A stretch of 64,000 nucleotides of DNA from Acutalibacteraceae bacterium (GCA_045601805.1 JAZSAJ010000046.1:11470-75469); one strand, 5' to 3'. Counted from the first letter of the stretch, positions 29,060 through 39,797 are shown. The notes: a model not told the origin generated them from the letters alone. Made by a program: numbers and translations.

Positions 29060-30169
29060 ATGGTTTTGAAAAAGTTTTTTGCGCTGTTTTTAGCGGTTTT
29101 TTGTGTGCTTTTTTGCAGTAATGTTACTGCAAACGGTGTTTCTGCGGCTTCGGCAGTTTTAATTGACGGCGATAGCGGAAAGGTACTTTACCAAGTAAAT
29201 AAAGATAAGCGTCTTTCTATGGCAAGCACAACAAAAATAATGACTGCACTGTTATTATGCGAAAACAAAAAATTAAGCGATATTGTAACTGTGGGCAACG
29301 AAGTTTTTTCTGCCGAAGGAACTTCGCTCGGGCTTAAAAAGGGAATGAAGGTAAGTTGTGAAACCCTTCTTTACGGAATGATGTTGGCTTCAGGCAATGA
29401 CGCTGCAAATGTGGCGGCGGTTGCCGTTAGCGGAAGCGTGGAAAATTTTGTAGAGTTAATGAACAAAAGGGCAGAAGAACTTGGGCTTGTTAATACTCAT
29501 TTTAATACACCTTCGGGGTTAGACGGCGATACTCACTATACCACAGCCCATGAACTTGCCAAACTAACTCAAGTGGCTCTTTGCAACAAAGATTTTGTTA
29601 ATGCTTGTTCAAAGAAAACAATGACAGTTTCGCTTGATGGAACAAAAATTACCTTAACAAACCATAATAGGTTGCTTAATGAATCGGGCGTTTTTGGTGT
29701 TAAAACCGGTTTTACTAAAAAATCGGGCAGGTGCTTGGTAACGGCGGCAAAGCAAGACGGGGTTTATTTAATTGCGGTAACGCTAAAGGCACCAAACGAT
29801 TGGAACGACCACCGGGAAATGTTAAATTACGGTTTTTCGGTTGTGAAACCAAAAAGTTATACTTTTGATGAGCAAGAATTTTCCTGTAAAGTTATAATGG
29901 GTGAAAAGGAAACTCTTTTTGCAAAAAGCGAATCGCTTAGTTTTAAGGTTAGCGAAAATGTAATAATAACAAAAAATGTGTATTTTCCAAAAGTTTTATA
30001 TGCCCCCGTTACCAAAGGGCAGGAAATTGGCTTTATTGAATATAAAAACGGAAGTAATTTAATTGCAAGAAGTAAAATTATTTGCAATGAAACTATAAAT
30101 AAAAGAAAGTTAAGTTTTTTTGAAACTTGGACGCTGAACTTCAAGTTAATATTAGGAGATATTATATGA
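29060..30169 (+). CDS. dacB: D-alanyl-D-alanine carboxypeptidase (S11 PBP5 family)
   Basis: Signal peptide, SxxK (SMASTTK), SxN (SGND), KTG (KTGFT) and a C-terminal PBP5_C-like domain. The scpAB...dacB...rluB order matches Bacillus dacB synteny. Confidence 0.8.
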   Translation: MVLKKFFALFLAVFCVLFCSNVTANGVSAASAVLIDGDSGKVLYQVNKDKRLSMASTTKIMTALLLCENKKLSDIVTVGNEVFSAEGTSLGLKKGMKVSCETLLYGMMLASGNDAANVAAVAVSGSVENFVELMNKRAEELGLVNTHFNTPSGLDGDTHYTTAHELAKLTQVALCNKDFVNACSKKTMTVSLDGTKITLTNHNRLLNESGVFGVKTGFTKKSGRCLVTAAKQDGVYLIAVTLKAPNDWNDHREMLNYGFSVVKPKSYTFDEQEFSCKVIMGEKETLFAKSESLSFKVSENVIITKNVYFPKVLYAPVTKGQEIGFIEYKNGSNLIARSKIICNETINKRKLSFFETWTLNFKLILGDII

Positions 30170-30912
30170 AAGATAATAAAGTGCGTTTGCAAAAGCATTT
30201 GGCTGATTGCGGCGTTGCTTCAAGGCGAAAAGCCGAAGAACTTATTGAAAACAAAAAGGTAAAGGTAAACGGCAGAATTGCCAAACTTGGCGACAAGGTT
30301 GACCCTGTGCGCGATAAAGTTACGGTAAGTTCAAAAGCGGTGGTGCCTGTTAATAAAAAGGTTTACATAATGCTCCATAAACCGCGCGGTTTTGTTACCA
30401 CAATGTCAGACGAACTTGGCAGAAAATGTGTTACCGAACTTGTTAAAGATGTTGGGGTAAGGGTGTATCCTGTTGGCCGTCTTGACCGTGATTCCGAGGG
30501 TTTATTGTTTATGACCAACGACGGCGAATTTGCAAATTCCTTAACCCACCCGTCTAAACATGTTACCAAAACTTATAGGGTTACAGTTGGCGGTAAAGTT
30601 TTTGAAGAACAACTTTTACCGCTTCAAACAGGCATTGAAATTGACGGCAAAAAAACGCTACCTTGCGACTGCTTTGTGGCAGAAAGAAAAGAAGACAGAA
30701 CCGTTTTAATTTTTATTATTACCGAAGGCAGAAACCGTCAAATTCGTAAAATGTGCGAAGCAGTTGGTTTAAAGGTTTTACGCCTTAAAAGAACCGAAAT
30801 TGCAGGTGTTAAACTTGGAATGCTTCCGCAAGGCAAATGGCGTGATTTAAACGAAAAAGAATTAAGGCGTTTAAACAGTATTTCTGTTAGTAAAGAGGGC
30901 GAAGTAAAGTGA
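30166..30912 (+). CDS. rluB: Pseudouridine synthase, RsuA/RluB family
   Basis: Start at ATG 30166 (AGGAG SD, ATGA overlap with the dacB stop). S4 domain (RLQKHLADCGVASRRKAEELI) and catalytic GRLDRDSEGLL. Confidence 0.9.
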   Translation: MKDNKVRLQKHLADCGVASRRKAEELIENKKVKVNGRIAKLGDKVDPVRDKVTVSSKAVVPVNKKVYIMLHKPRGFVTTMSDELGRKCVTELVKDVGVRVYPVGRLDRDSEGLLFMTNDGEFANSLTHPSKHVTKTYRVTVGGKVFEEQLLPLQTGIEIDGKKTLPCDCFVAERKEDRTVLIFIITEGRNRQIRKMCEAVGLKVLRLKRTEIAGVKLGMLPQGKWRDLNEKELRRLNSISVSKEGEVK

Positions 30913-31268
30913 TAACGGTAAAAGGTGTATACGGTGAAGATTTGTCTTCACTTTATAAGAAAGCCGGGGTTAATTTAACGCAAAACAGCGGCGGTGTACA
31001 AGCAACTGACGGGAGCACCCCTTGCGGATATTGCCTTTTTGAAATTGAAGATAATAAAATGATAATTACCAATATTGACCCAAGCATAAATCTTTCAATG
31101 GCAGACGGCGTTTTAAGAAGTGCGCTTCATATTGCAGTGTGCCGAAATATTAGCGAGGCGTTTTATTCGGGAAACGAAGAATTATTTGAAAAACTTAATT
31201 TCATATTAAACAAGCAAGAAAAACGGCTTAATATTAATAAACTTTTTGAAAGTTGCTGTTGTAATTAA
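30909..31268 (+). CDS. Hypothetical protein (119 aa), Cys-rich C-terminus
   Basis: GTG start overlapping the rluB stop (GTGA). No family recognised. Ends ..KLFESCCCN. Confidence 0.5.
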   Translation: MITVKGVYGEDLSSLYKKAGVNLTQNSGGVQATDGSTPCGYCLFEIEDNKMIITNIDPSINLSMADGVLRSALHIAVCRNISEAFYSGNEELFEKLNFILNKQEKRLNINKLFESCCCN

Positions 31269-31366
31269 ATTTAATTCTTTGCTTTAATAAAAAACAAAAT
31301 ATAACTTGATTTTTATTATGGTTTATGATATTATTACTACTGTTAATTGTTTATGGAGGTAAAATA

Positions 31367-31621
31367 ATGGAAGTTTTAGAAATTATTTTGGGTGTACTTT
31401 TAGCACTTCTTTCTATTGTAATTATTGTTTTAATTCTTTTGCAACAAAGCCGCAGGGCTGGTATTAGCGGCGCAATAAGTGGCGGTGCCGATACATTCCT
31501 TTCAAAGAATAAATCAAGAACAGCCGATGCGTTCTTAAAACGCCTTACAACCATTTGCGGTATTGCTTTTGTTGTTTTGGCATTGGCAACAACCGTTGTT
31601 GCAACTGTTTTATCTAAATAA
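31367..31621 (+). CDS. secG: Preprotein translocase subunit SecG
   Basis: Start at ATG 31367 (GGAGGT SD). 2 TM helices with a Q-S-x-R-AGISGAISGG loop typical of SecG. Confidence 0.85.
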   Translation: MEVLEIILGVLLALLSIVIIVLILLQQSRRAGISGAISGGADTFLSKNKSRTADAFLKRLTTICGIAFVVLALATTVVATVLSK

Positions 31622-31629
31622 TTTAAAAA

Positions 31630-31655
31630 CCGTGTTGTAAAGCAACACGGTTTTT
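31630..31655 (+). terminator. Intrinsic terminator
   Basis: CCGTGTTG-TAAAG-CAACACGG stem-loop followed by T5. Confidence 0.8.
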
Positions 31656-31702
31656 GCATTTTATACCTATTTTTTTGCATATATTGTTACGAGGTGCTTT
31701 TT

Positions 31703-31966
31703 ATGGAAATATGCAAAACAGTAGGTATTATTTTTTTAATTATATATTCGCTTTTATATTTAAGGTTTTTAATTAAGACCGAAAGACCAATAAAACAGTT
31801 TTTTATAAATTCTTTTATTTCGTTTTGGTTTTGGGCAGTTTTAAATTTAACTTCAATTTTTTCTTCGCTTTATATACCGCTTAATGCCTTTACACTTTCG
31901 GCAGTTACTTTCGGCGGAATTCCGATTGGGTTACTTTTAGCGCTTTTAAGAAATTTTGTTTTTTAA
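31703..31966 (+). CDS. Small membrane protein, BofA-like (pro-sigma-K processing inhibitor family), tentative
   Basis: ATG 31703 follows a GAGGTG SD. 87 aa, 2-3 TM helices, C-terminal ..NAFTLSAVTFGGIPIGLLLALL resembles the BofA C-terminal motif. Confidence 0.45.
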   Translation: MEICKTVGIIFLIIYSLLYLRFLIKTERPIKQFFINSFISFWFWAVLNLTSIFSSLYIPLNAFTLSAVTFGGIPIGLLLALLRNFVF

Positions 31967-32074
31967 TGTACTAAAAACGGTACAATTAAGATGATATAAT
32001 TATAAAGTAAAAAACTGTCGCAAAAAAACGCAATTTGTGTTACAATTAAATTATAAATTTTCAGGAGGTTTAAA

Positions 32075-35000
32075 ATGCTTCGCTATATTGTTGGTAAAGC
32101 CGCTTCGGGCAAAACAAATACCGTGCTTCAAAAAATAAAGTCGGATGCTGAAAAAAACATACCCAGCATACTTTTGGTGCCCGAACAGTATTCCTTTAAC
32201 AGCGAATGTAATGTGCTTGAAGTTTTGGGTGATAACCTTTCGCAGTATTGCACCGTTTTAAGTTTTTCCTCTCTTGCCGAAACTGTTTCTTACATAACAG
32301 GCGGAAACTGTAAAGAGGTTTTAAACGATGCCGATAAAATAATTTTTATGTCGCGCACATTAAAAGAACTAAAAGACACTTTGCCTGTTTTTAAAAGGTA
32401 TATTTCTTCTTCGCGTTTTGCCGCAAAAGTTGTTGATATGATAGGCGAGTTTAAAATAAGCGCAATAACCCCCGAAATGTTAGAAAATGCGGCAGAACAA
32501 CTAACCGACGGCGCTTTAAAAACAAAACTTGGCGCATTGGCTCTTATTTGGCGTGCGTACGACGCCGAAACCGAAAAACGATTTGTTGACCCTGCGGACA
32601 AGCTTACTGTTCTTTACCGACAACTTAAAAATTCAAATTATTTTAGCGGTAAAAATGTTTATATAGACGGTTTTTTGGGCTTTACCGGCCAACAAAAGAA
32701 AATTATTGAAAATATTTTAACAAAGGCAAACAGTTTAACCGTTACTGCGCTTTGTGATACTTTAGAAAATGACACGCTGGATATTTTTTATAATAGCCGC
32801 CAAACTGCGCGTGAAATTAAAAATTTAGCCAAAAAACACGCAGTTAAAGTGTGCGAAGATATCGTTTTAAAAGAAACTTTTTATAATACCGAAGAAATGA
32901 AGTGTGTAGAAAAGGCGCTGTCTTTAGGTGCGAATGAATTTAATAAAGAAACAAAAAATGTTTTGTTTTGCAGTTCAAAAAGTATTGAAGAAGAAACGGC
33001 TTTTGCAACAACACTAATTAAAAAACTTGTAAGGGAAAGGGGTTACCGCTATAAAGATTTTGCGGTAATTGTGCGTGATGGCCAAAAATATGCTTCGGAA
33101 TTTTTAAGGTGGGCGCAAAAAAACAATATTCCTTGCTTTACCGATAACCGTGAAAGTCTTGCCACAACACCGGTTTACCGCCTTATTTCAAGTGCTTTAT
33201 TGGCGGTAAACGGCTTTTCTACAGCCGACATATTAACATTTTTAAAAACAGGTTTGGTTGATGGTTTTGATACCGAAAACACTTCTGTTTTAGAAAATTA
33301 TGTTTATTTGTGGACAGTAGACAGTAAAGCGTGGCTAAACGATTTTACAATGGACCCAGACGGTTTAAAGGTTAAAGAAAACGCAGACGAAGATGATATT
33401 AAAAACCGCTTATGCGAAATAAATGAACTGCGCGTAAAGGCAATAACACCGCTTTTAAACCTTAAACAGCGTTTAAACGGAACAATAAATGATATGTGCA
33501 AAGCGGTATTTTTACTGTTAAAAGACTGTAAAACCGATAAACGAATGGGCGAGTTTTTAAAGGAATTGCCCAAAGAAGTTACCGCTGAACAAATAGATGT
33601 TTTTAGGCAAAGTTATGATATTGTGCTGTCGGTTTTAGATTCGCTTTGCAAATGTTACGGTGAATACAGTTTAAATACTGAAGAATTTATAGAAGCGTGT
33701 AAAATTTCTGCTGAAACAACAACCGTTGGAAGAATACCGCAATTAATTGACCAAGTAACCTTGGCAAGTGCCGACAGATTTTGCCCCAGTGATGTTAAGG
33801 TTGCCGTTATTTTGGGCGCTAATCAGGGCGTTTTTCCTGCGCTTCCCCAAAATATAAGTTTGATTGGCGATAACGAGCGCAAAAAACTGGCTATGGTTGG
33901 TTTAAATTTGCGCGATAAAACCATTTCTGCAACTATTGAAGAAAATTTGCTTTTGTATTCTTCGGTTTGCTGTGCGCGCGATATGGTTGCAATATCCTAT
34001 TTAAGTAATGAAGAATCGGGCGAAAAATCGGGTTTCGTTACACGGCTTCAAAATGTGTTTACAGGCGCAGAAAATATAAATTATCCGTCTGCTAATTATT
34101 TGCCCGAAACCGAAAATGCGGCGTTTGATTTGCTTTGCCGCCAAGAAAACGAAAACACCCTTAAAAGTTCCTTAAAAGAAGCACTTTTAAACGGTGAATA
34201 CGGCAAAAAATATAACGACGCGTTAATAATTACCGCCCAGGGCGAACAAAAATTAACAACGGAAACTGCAAAGGCGCTTTACGGCAGTAATATTTACTGT
34301 TCGGCAACAAAGTTTGATACCTTTTTCCGTTGCCGTTTTAGGTATTTTTGCCGTTACGGTCTTAAAACCGAACGCTTTCAGCCTGCAACACTTGATGTAA
34401 TGCAACGCGGTACTTTGGTGCATTTTGTGTTAGAACAGTTTATTAACCGCCATTTAATCGATATTAAAACAGTTAGCAAAGAAACCGTAATAAAGGAAAC
34501 AGACGAATTTTGTGATAAATACTTTTCGCTTATAAAGGGAAGCAAAAGTATTATGACACCGCGTTTTATTTTCCTTTTGCGCAAAATTAAAGAGGGTATA
34601 ATTGATGTTTTGCTTCACATTGTAAAAGAATTTGCGCAAAGCGAATTTATGCCCGACGGCTGTGAAGTTACAATTAAAAGCGGTGAGGCAATTGAACCGG
34701 TTGAATTTAACTTTACGGGCGGAAAACTTTCGCTTTTTGGCAGCATTGACCGACTTGATATAAGCGGTAATTATGTGCGTATTGTTGACTATAAAACGGG
34801 CACAAAAACATTTAAGTTAAGCGATACTTTGTATGGCCAGAATATGCAAATGCTTTTGTACCTTTATGCTGTAATTAGGGGCAGTAACAATAGGTATAAC
34901 ACCAAAAAACCTGCGGGAATTTTGTATATACCCTCTAAAAATGATATTAAAAAAGAGGGCCTTGCCGCTAACGGTCTTTTGTGCAACAATCTTAATGTTG

Positions 35001-35335
35001 TTAAGGCAATGGACAGCGATTTAAACGGCGAGTTTGTTCCTAAATTTAAAATTAACAAAGACGGAACACCCTCAAAGAGCAATAATTCGTTTGTTGAGGA
35101 AGAAGATTTTAATGCAATTTTTGATTACATTGAAGTTTTGGCAAACGAAATGGGCACTTCACTGCTTTCAGGCGATATAGCGGTAGAACCGATTGACACT
35201 TCAACCGATGCCTGCAGTTATTGTGATTATAAAGCAATTTGCGGTATTGAAGATAAACCGCATACCGTAACCGAAAAATTAAATAACAGCGAAGTTATAA
35301 GCAAAATGAAAGGGGGCAAAGAGGGTGAGATTTGA
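32075..35335 (+). CDS. addB: Helicase-exonuclease AddAB subunit AddB
   Basis: 1086 aa. N-terminal Walker A-like GKAASGKT, a C-terminal PD-(D/E)XK nuclease (IDRLD..VRIVDYKTG) and the Fe-S Cys cluster CSYCDYKAIC. Confidence 0.9.
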   Translation: MLRYIVGKAASGKTNTVLQKIKSDAEKNIPSILLVPEQYSFNSECNVLEVLGDNLSQYCTVLSFSSLAETVSYITGGNCKEVLNDADKIIFMSRTLKELKDTLPVFKRYISSSRFAAKVVDMIGEFKISAITPEMLENAAEQLTDGALKTKLGALALIWRAYDAETEKRFVDPADKLTVLYRQLKNSNYFSGKNVYIDGFLGFTGQQKKIIENILTKANSLTVTALCDTLENDTLDIFYNSRQTAREIKNLAKKHAVKVCEDIVLKETFYNTEEMKCVEKALSLGANEFNKETKNVLFCSSKSIEEETAFATTLIKKLVRERGYRYKDFAVIVRDGQKYASEFLRWAQKNNIPCFTDNRESLATTPVYRLISSALLAVNGFSTADILTFLKTGLVDGFDTENTSVLENYVYLWTVDSKAWLNDFTMDPDGLKVKENADEDDIKNRLCEINELRVKAITPLLNLKQRLNGTINDMCKAVFLLLKDCKTDKRMGEFLKELPKEVTAEQIDVFRQSYDIVLSVLDSLCKCYGEYSLNTEEFIEACKISAETTTVGRIPQLIDQVTLASADRFCPSDVKVAVILGANQGVFPALPQNISLIGDNERKKLAMVGLNLRDKTISATIEENLLLYSSVCCARDMVAISYLSNEESGEKSGFVTRLQNVFTGAENINYPSANYLPETENAAFDLLCRQENENTLKSSLKEALLNGEYGKKYNDALIITAQGEQKLTTETAKALYGSNIYCSATKFDTFFRCRFRYFCRYGLKTERFQPATLDVMQRGTLVHFVLEQFINRHLIDIKTVSKETVIKETDEFCDKYFSLIKGSKSIMTPRFIFLLRKIKEGIIDVLLHIVKEFAQSEFMPDGCEVTIKSGEAIEPVEFNFTGGKLSLFGSIDRLDISGNYVRIVDYKTGTKTFKLSDTLYGQNMQMLLYLYAVIRGSNNRYNTKKPAGILYIPSKNDIKKEGLAANGLLCNNLNVVKAMDSDLNGEFVPKFKINKDGTPSKSNNSFVEEEDFNAIFDYIEVLANEMGTSLLSGDIAVEPIDTSTDACSYCDYKAICGIEDKPHTVTEKLNNSEVISKMKGGKEGEI

Positions 35336-38300
35336 AGACTTAACCGAATTTCAACAGGCGGCTGTTAAAGAACAAGGCAGTATTCTTGTTTCGGCAGCGG
35401 CAGGTTCGGGCAAAACCGCGGTTTTGTCACAGCGTATAGTTGACGCCTTAACCCGCGAAGAAAACCCTCTTTCTGCCGATAAGCTTTTGGTGGTTACCTT
35501 TACCGTAGCCGCCGCAGGTGAAATGCGTTCAAGAATTGAAAAAGGGCTTGAAGAATACTGCATAAATAACCCACAAAACAGTTTTGCGGCAAAACAAAGA
35601 ATTTTGCTTGGCAGCGCAAAAATTTGCACAATAGATTCGTTTTGTGCAACACTTGTGCGCGAAAATTTTGAAAAGGCAAACACCGAACCCGATTTTAAAA
35701 TTGCCGAAGAAAGCCAACTTTCTGCCCTAAAAAGCACAGCAGTAAACAATGTTTTAAGCCGTTATTTTGAAAAAAATAATGAGGAATTTTTCTTGCTTCT
35801 TGATGCGCTTGGCTGTGTTTACGATGAAAGCCGTTTAACCGAGCAGATTATAACAATATACGAAAAGGCGCAAAATTTGCCGTTTTGCAAAGAATGGCTT
35901 AATAATGCAAAAACACTTTGCGGTGAAAATTCGTTTCCTGTTTGGGAGGAAAAAGCATATTTATATGCAAACGGTGTAATTGGTAATATTTGCCTTGCCT
36001 TAACTAACTGTATTTTGACGGCAAAAGAAGACCAAGCGGTTTATAAGGCATACGGATTATCGCTTGAAGACGCACTAAACAGTTTTAATAATGCCGAAAG
36101 CATTTTGGCAGAAAAAGATTGGGACAAGTTTTACGGCTTTTTAAACGGTTTTTCTTTTCAACCGTTTTCTGCCTTGCGCGGTGCAAAAGATAACCCCATA
36201 GCCGAATTTTGTAAACAAATAAAAGATGCGGTGTTAAAAGAACTTGAAAGTTTAGGCAAGGTGTTTTTTGGTAGCAGGGAAGTCGTACTTGCTTCTCACA
36301 AAACTGTGGGAAAACACACGGCAGTTTTGCTTGATATAACATTAGACTATGCAAACGAACTTGACCAACTTATGCAAAATAAGGGGATTTTAAGTTTTGC
36401 CGATATAGAACAAAAGGCACTTTCGCTTGTTTGCGAATATAAAGACGGAAAATATGTTCCTACTGAATTAGCAAATGATTTAATTGATAATTACGATGAA
36501 GTTTTGGTAGATGAATTTCAAGATGTAAACGATTTGCAAAACATTCTCTTTGAATGTTTATCAAACGGCAGTAAGCATCTTTTTGCAGTTGGCGATGTTA
36601 AACAAAGTATTTACGGTTTCCGCGGTGCTAACCCAAATAATTTTTTAATACGCCGAAAAAATGCGGTTGATTATAAATTGGCAAACCAAAACGAATCTAA
36701 AAAAATAATACTTGGCAAAAATTTCAGAAGCGATACCGACATATGCGATTTTGTTAACTTCTTCTTTTCTGGTTTTATGAGTGAAGAAAACTGCGGTATG
36801 CAGTACGAAAAAGATGATTTTCTTATTGCCGATGTTAATACAAATAGTATGGCACCGAATGTGCGTATAGATTTAATTGAAGCCGAACCTGTTCTTGGCG
36901 AAAAGGAAACCGAAGCCAAACATATTGCTGATTATATTGAATATGTAATGACAGAAAAAAACGGTGTTTACGATAAAAAAACAAAGCAATTCAGACAGGC
37001 AAAATACAGCGATTTTGCAATAATTTTGCGTAAAATGAAGGGTGACAGCACATATATTGCCGCTGAACTTAAATCACGCGGTATTCCCGTTAGTTATTCA
37101 AAGGGCGATTTTTTAGAAAGCAAAGAAATTGCCGTTGCGGTTTCGCTTTTGTCGGTTATAAATAATCCGCAAAACGATATTGATTTGCTATGTGTAATGA
37201 GCAGTGAACTTTTTGGTTTCACGCCCGAAGAAATGGCAAATATACGCCTTACCGATAAACGGGCAAGTCTTTATTCTGCTGTGCTAAAACAAAGTGCAAA
37301 AGGGAATAAAAAGGTTAATGACTTTTTGCAAAAAATTGCCGATATGCGCCGCCTTGCTGTGCTTTTAACTCCGTCAAAACTGTTGGCGGCGGTTTACGAA
37401 AAAACCGATTTCCTTAATGTTTTTTCACTGCTTAATGACGGCCCTGTAAGACGCGCTAACCTTTTGCAGCTTTTAAAAGAGGCAGAGTCGTTTGAAAGCG
37501 GCCGCGATGTATCATTAGGCGCATTTTTGGGCTATTTAAAGGGAAACGAAGCCAAAAAAATAAAACCTGCCTTAATGAGTTCTGTTTCCGATAGTGTTAA
37601 AATTATGAGTACCCACTATTCAAAGGGATTGCAGTTCCCAATTTGCATTTTGGCAAACCTTTCTGCGAAATTTAACACACAGGATATTCGTTCTTCCTTA
37701 ATTTTTGATAGCGAAGACGGAATTTCCTTTAAGTATTTTGATGCCGAAGAAGGCCAAAACAGTTCGCTAATGCGCGAAATTTTGGCTTTAAAAGCGCGTA
37801 AAAATATGCTTTCCGAAGAACTGCGCCTGTTTTATGTTGCCGCAACCAGGGCAGAATGTTCCTTGGTTATGATGATTTCAGCGAAGAATATGTCAAAAAC
37901 CTTGGCAAATGTTGCCCAAAAGGCAAAACTTTCGGGCAGTGTTTTTGGAAAAAAAGTGTTTGAAAGTGCGCAAAACACCGGCGATTTAATTTTGTCAGCC
38001 CTTTTTGCCCATAAAGACGGTACGCTGTTACGCGAAATCAGCGGCGAAGAATTCGGCATTTTAGAAAACCAAAGCAGAATTTCGGTTAATGTGTGTAGCA
38101 TAAGCGATGCTCCTCCCGAACAGCAAACCGAAGAAGTTTTGCATGACGATAGTTTGGTAAAAGAACTAAATGACCGTTTTGGTTATGATTATCCTTATAA
38201 AGATATTCTTTCGCTTGAATCAAAAGCGTCGGTGTCTTTGGTTTCAAAAGGCGAACATAACGAAGAATATGATTTTTCGGCGGTACCTGCATTTATGCAA

Positions 38301-38819
38301 AAAGACGGTCTTACAAGCGCGCAAAAGGGAACAGCAACACACAAGGTTATGCAATTCTTAAATTTTGAAAATGCTAAAAATAACCTTAGTGAAGAACTTT
38401 TGCGACTTTTGGAATGGGAGTTTATAAGCGAAGAAGAATATAACGCAATAAACAAAGACGCTATTTTGAAATTTATAAAAAGCGACTTGTTTGAACGCAT
38501 TAACCAAAGCAGTGAAACCAAGCGCGAGTTTAGGTTTATTACCAAAGTTCCGGCAGGGTATATTTATGACAATATTAACCCGAATTTAAAAGACGAACAA
38601 ATTGTTTTGCAAGGCGCAATTGACTGCCTGTTTTTTGAAAATGACGGAGTGGTTGTTATTGACTTTAAAACCGATAGGGTGGATAATGAAAGCGTACTAA
38701 TTGAGCGTTATAAAAAACAAATTGATATTTATGCTTATGTTTGCGAAAAGATTTTCGGTAAACATATAAAACAAAAAATAATTTATTCGCTTTATTTAGG
38801 CAAAGAAATAATTGTTTAA
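35325..38819 (+). CDS. addA: Helicase-exonuclease AddAB subunit AddA
   Basis: 1164 aa, GTG start overlapping the addB stop. UvrD-type motifs (AAAGSGKT, VDEFQDVN, GDVKQSIYGFRGA) and a C-terminal nuclease (GAIDCLF..VVVIDFKTD). Confidence 0.9.
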   Translation: MRFEDLTEFQQAAVKEQGSILVSAAAGSGKTAVLSQRIVDALTREENPLSADKLLVVTFTVAAAGEMRSRIEKGLEEYCINNPQNSFAAKQRILLGSAKICTIDSFCATLVRENFEKANTEPDFKIAEESQLSALKSTAVNNVLSRYFEKNNEEFFLLLDALGCVYDESRLTEQIITIYEKAQNLPFCKEWLNNAKTLCGENSFPVWEEKAYLYANGVIGNICLALTNCILTAKEDQAVYKAYGLSLEDALNSFNNAESILAEKDWDKFYGFLNGFSFQPFSALRGAKDNPIAEFCKQIKDAVLKELESLGKVFFGSREVVLASHKTVGKHTAVLLDITLDYANELDQLMQNKGILSFADIEQKALSLVCEYKDGKYVPTELANDLIDNYDEVLVDEFQDVNDLQNILFECLSNGSKHLFAVGDVKQSIYGFRGANPNNFLIRRKNAVDYKLANQNESKKIILGKNFRSDTDICDFVNFFFSGFMSEENCGMQYEKDDFLIADVNTNSMAPNVRIDLIEAEPVLGEKETEAKHIADYIEYVMTEKNGVYDKKTKQFRQAKYSDFAIILRKMKGDSTYIAAELKSRGIPVSYSKGDFLESKEIAVAVSLLSVINNPQNDIDLLCVMSSELFGFTPEEMANIRLTDKRASLYSAVLKQSAKGNKKVNDFLQKIADMRRLAVLLTPSKLLAAVYEKTDFLNVFSLLNDGPVRRANLLQLLKEAESFESGRDVSLGAFLGYLKGNEAKKIKPALMSSVSDSVKIMSTHYSKGLQFPICILANLSAKFNTQDIRSSLIFDSEDGISFKYFDAEEGQNSSLMREILALKARKNMLSEELRLFYVAATRAECSLVMMISAKNMSKTLANVAQKAKLSGSVFGKKVFESAQNTGDLILSALFAHKDGTLLREISGEEFGILENQSRISVNVCSISDAPPEQQTEEVLHDDSLVKELNDRFGYDYPYKDILSLESKASVSLVSKGEHNEEYDFSAVPAFMQKDGLTSAQKGTATHKVMQFLNFENAKNNLSEELLRLLEWEFISEEEYNAINKDAILKFIKSDLFERINQSSETKREFRFITKVPAGYIYDNINPNLKDEQIVLQGAIDCLFFENDGVVVIDFKTDRVDNESVLIERYKKQIDIYAYVCEKIFGKHIKQKIIYSLYLGKEIIV

Positions 38820-38831
38820 CGGAGGCAAAAT

Positions 38832-39722
38832 ATGCTACTTAGCACAATTACAGCAAATCTTGCTACCAACCCCCAAAAAGCGCGTGAAAACTTTCCAATA
38901 ATTAAAAAGGCCGGGTTTGACGGCGTTGATTTCAGTTTTTCTACGATTTATAAAGAAAGCCCCGAAGTCTTTGATTTGCCTGAAAACGAACTTACAAAGT
39001 TCTTTTTAAAAATAAAGGAAGAAGCCAACAAAAACGGCATTTCGGTTGTGCAAACACACGCTATTTACCCAACACAACAGGTTACCGCAACTAAAGAAGA
39101 AAACGAAAAGCGGGTTTCTATTGTTAAAAAGAATATTGAATTAACCGCTCTTATGGGCTGTAAATATGTTGTTATTCACCCCATTTTTGGCAGATATGAT
39201 AATGCGCTTACACCCGAAGAAGAAAAGAAAGTTAATATGGAATTTTATACCTCCCTTATTCCCACACTTAAAAAGTTCGGCGTTGTTGCCTGTCTTGAAA
39301 ATATGTGGGTAATAAGAAACGGTAAAATTTACGGTGCCGTTTGCGCCGATTTTAATGAGGCAAAAGACTATATTGATGAACTAAACGAAATAGCAGGCGA
39401 AGAACTTTTTGGCTTTTGTTACGATTTTGGCCACGCAACCCTTTGCAGTGCCGATAGTGTTAAATCGGTAAAAATTCTTGGCAACCGCATTAAAACACTT
39501 CATTTGCACGAAGTTGACGGTGTTCACGATAACCACGGTATGCCGTTTACCGGCGTGTGCGACTGGGAAAAGATTTTCACCGCGCTAAAAGAAATCGGGT
39601 ATAACGGTAACATTAACTTTGAAGCAACTAACGCTTGGAGCATTTTCCCCTACGAACTCCGCGAACCCGCCCTAAACCTTTTAGGCGCAATAGGTAAACA
39701 CTTCATAGAAAAATATATGTAA
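38832..39722 (+). CDS. Sugar phosphate isomerase/epimerase (xylose isomerase-like TIM barrel)
   Basis: 296 aa. Pattern of conserved H/E/D residues (..VVIHP.., LENM.., DFGHA.., LHLHEVDG) typical of the AP_endonuc_2 fold. Confidence 0.7.
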   Translation: MLLSTITANLATNPQKARENFPIIKKAGFDGVDFSFSTIYKESPEVFDLPENELTKFFLKIKEEANKNGISVVQTHAIYPTQQVTATKEENEKRVSIVKKNIELTALMGCKYVVIHPIFGRYDNALTPEEEKKVNMEFYTSLIPTLKKFGVVACLENMWVIRNGKIYGAVCADFNEAKDYIDELNEIAGEELFGFCYDFGHATLCSADSVKSVKILGNRIKTLHLHEVDGVHDNHGMPFTGVCDWEKIFTALKEIGYNGNINFEATNAWSIFPYELREPALNLLGAIGKHFIEKYM

Positions 39723-39729
39723 ACAAAAA

Positions 39730-39752
39730 CCGCAGTAAAAACTGCGGTTTTT
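39730..39752 (+). terminator. Intrinsic terminator
   Basis: CCGCAGT-AAAA-ACTGCGG stem-loop followed by T5. Confidence 0.8.
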
Positions 39753-39762
39753 AATGTTTTTA

Positions 39763-39791
39763 TTGTATTTTTAATAAAAAGGTGGTAAAAT
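39763..39791 (+). promoter_or_regulatory. Promoter candidate (TTGTAT-17 nt-TAAAAT with TGn extended -10)
   Basis: Hexamers at 39763-39768 and 39786-39791, with TGG immediately upstream of the -10. Confidence 0.5.
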
Positions 39792-39797
39792 ACTTAT

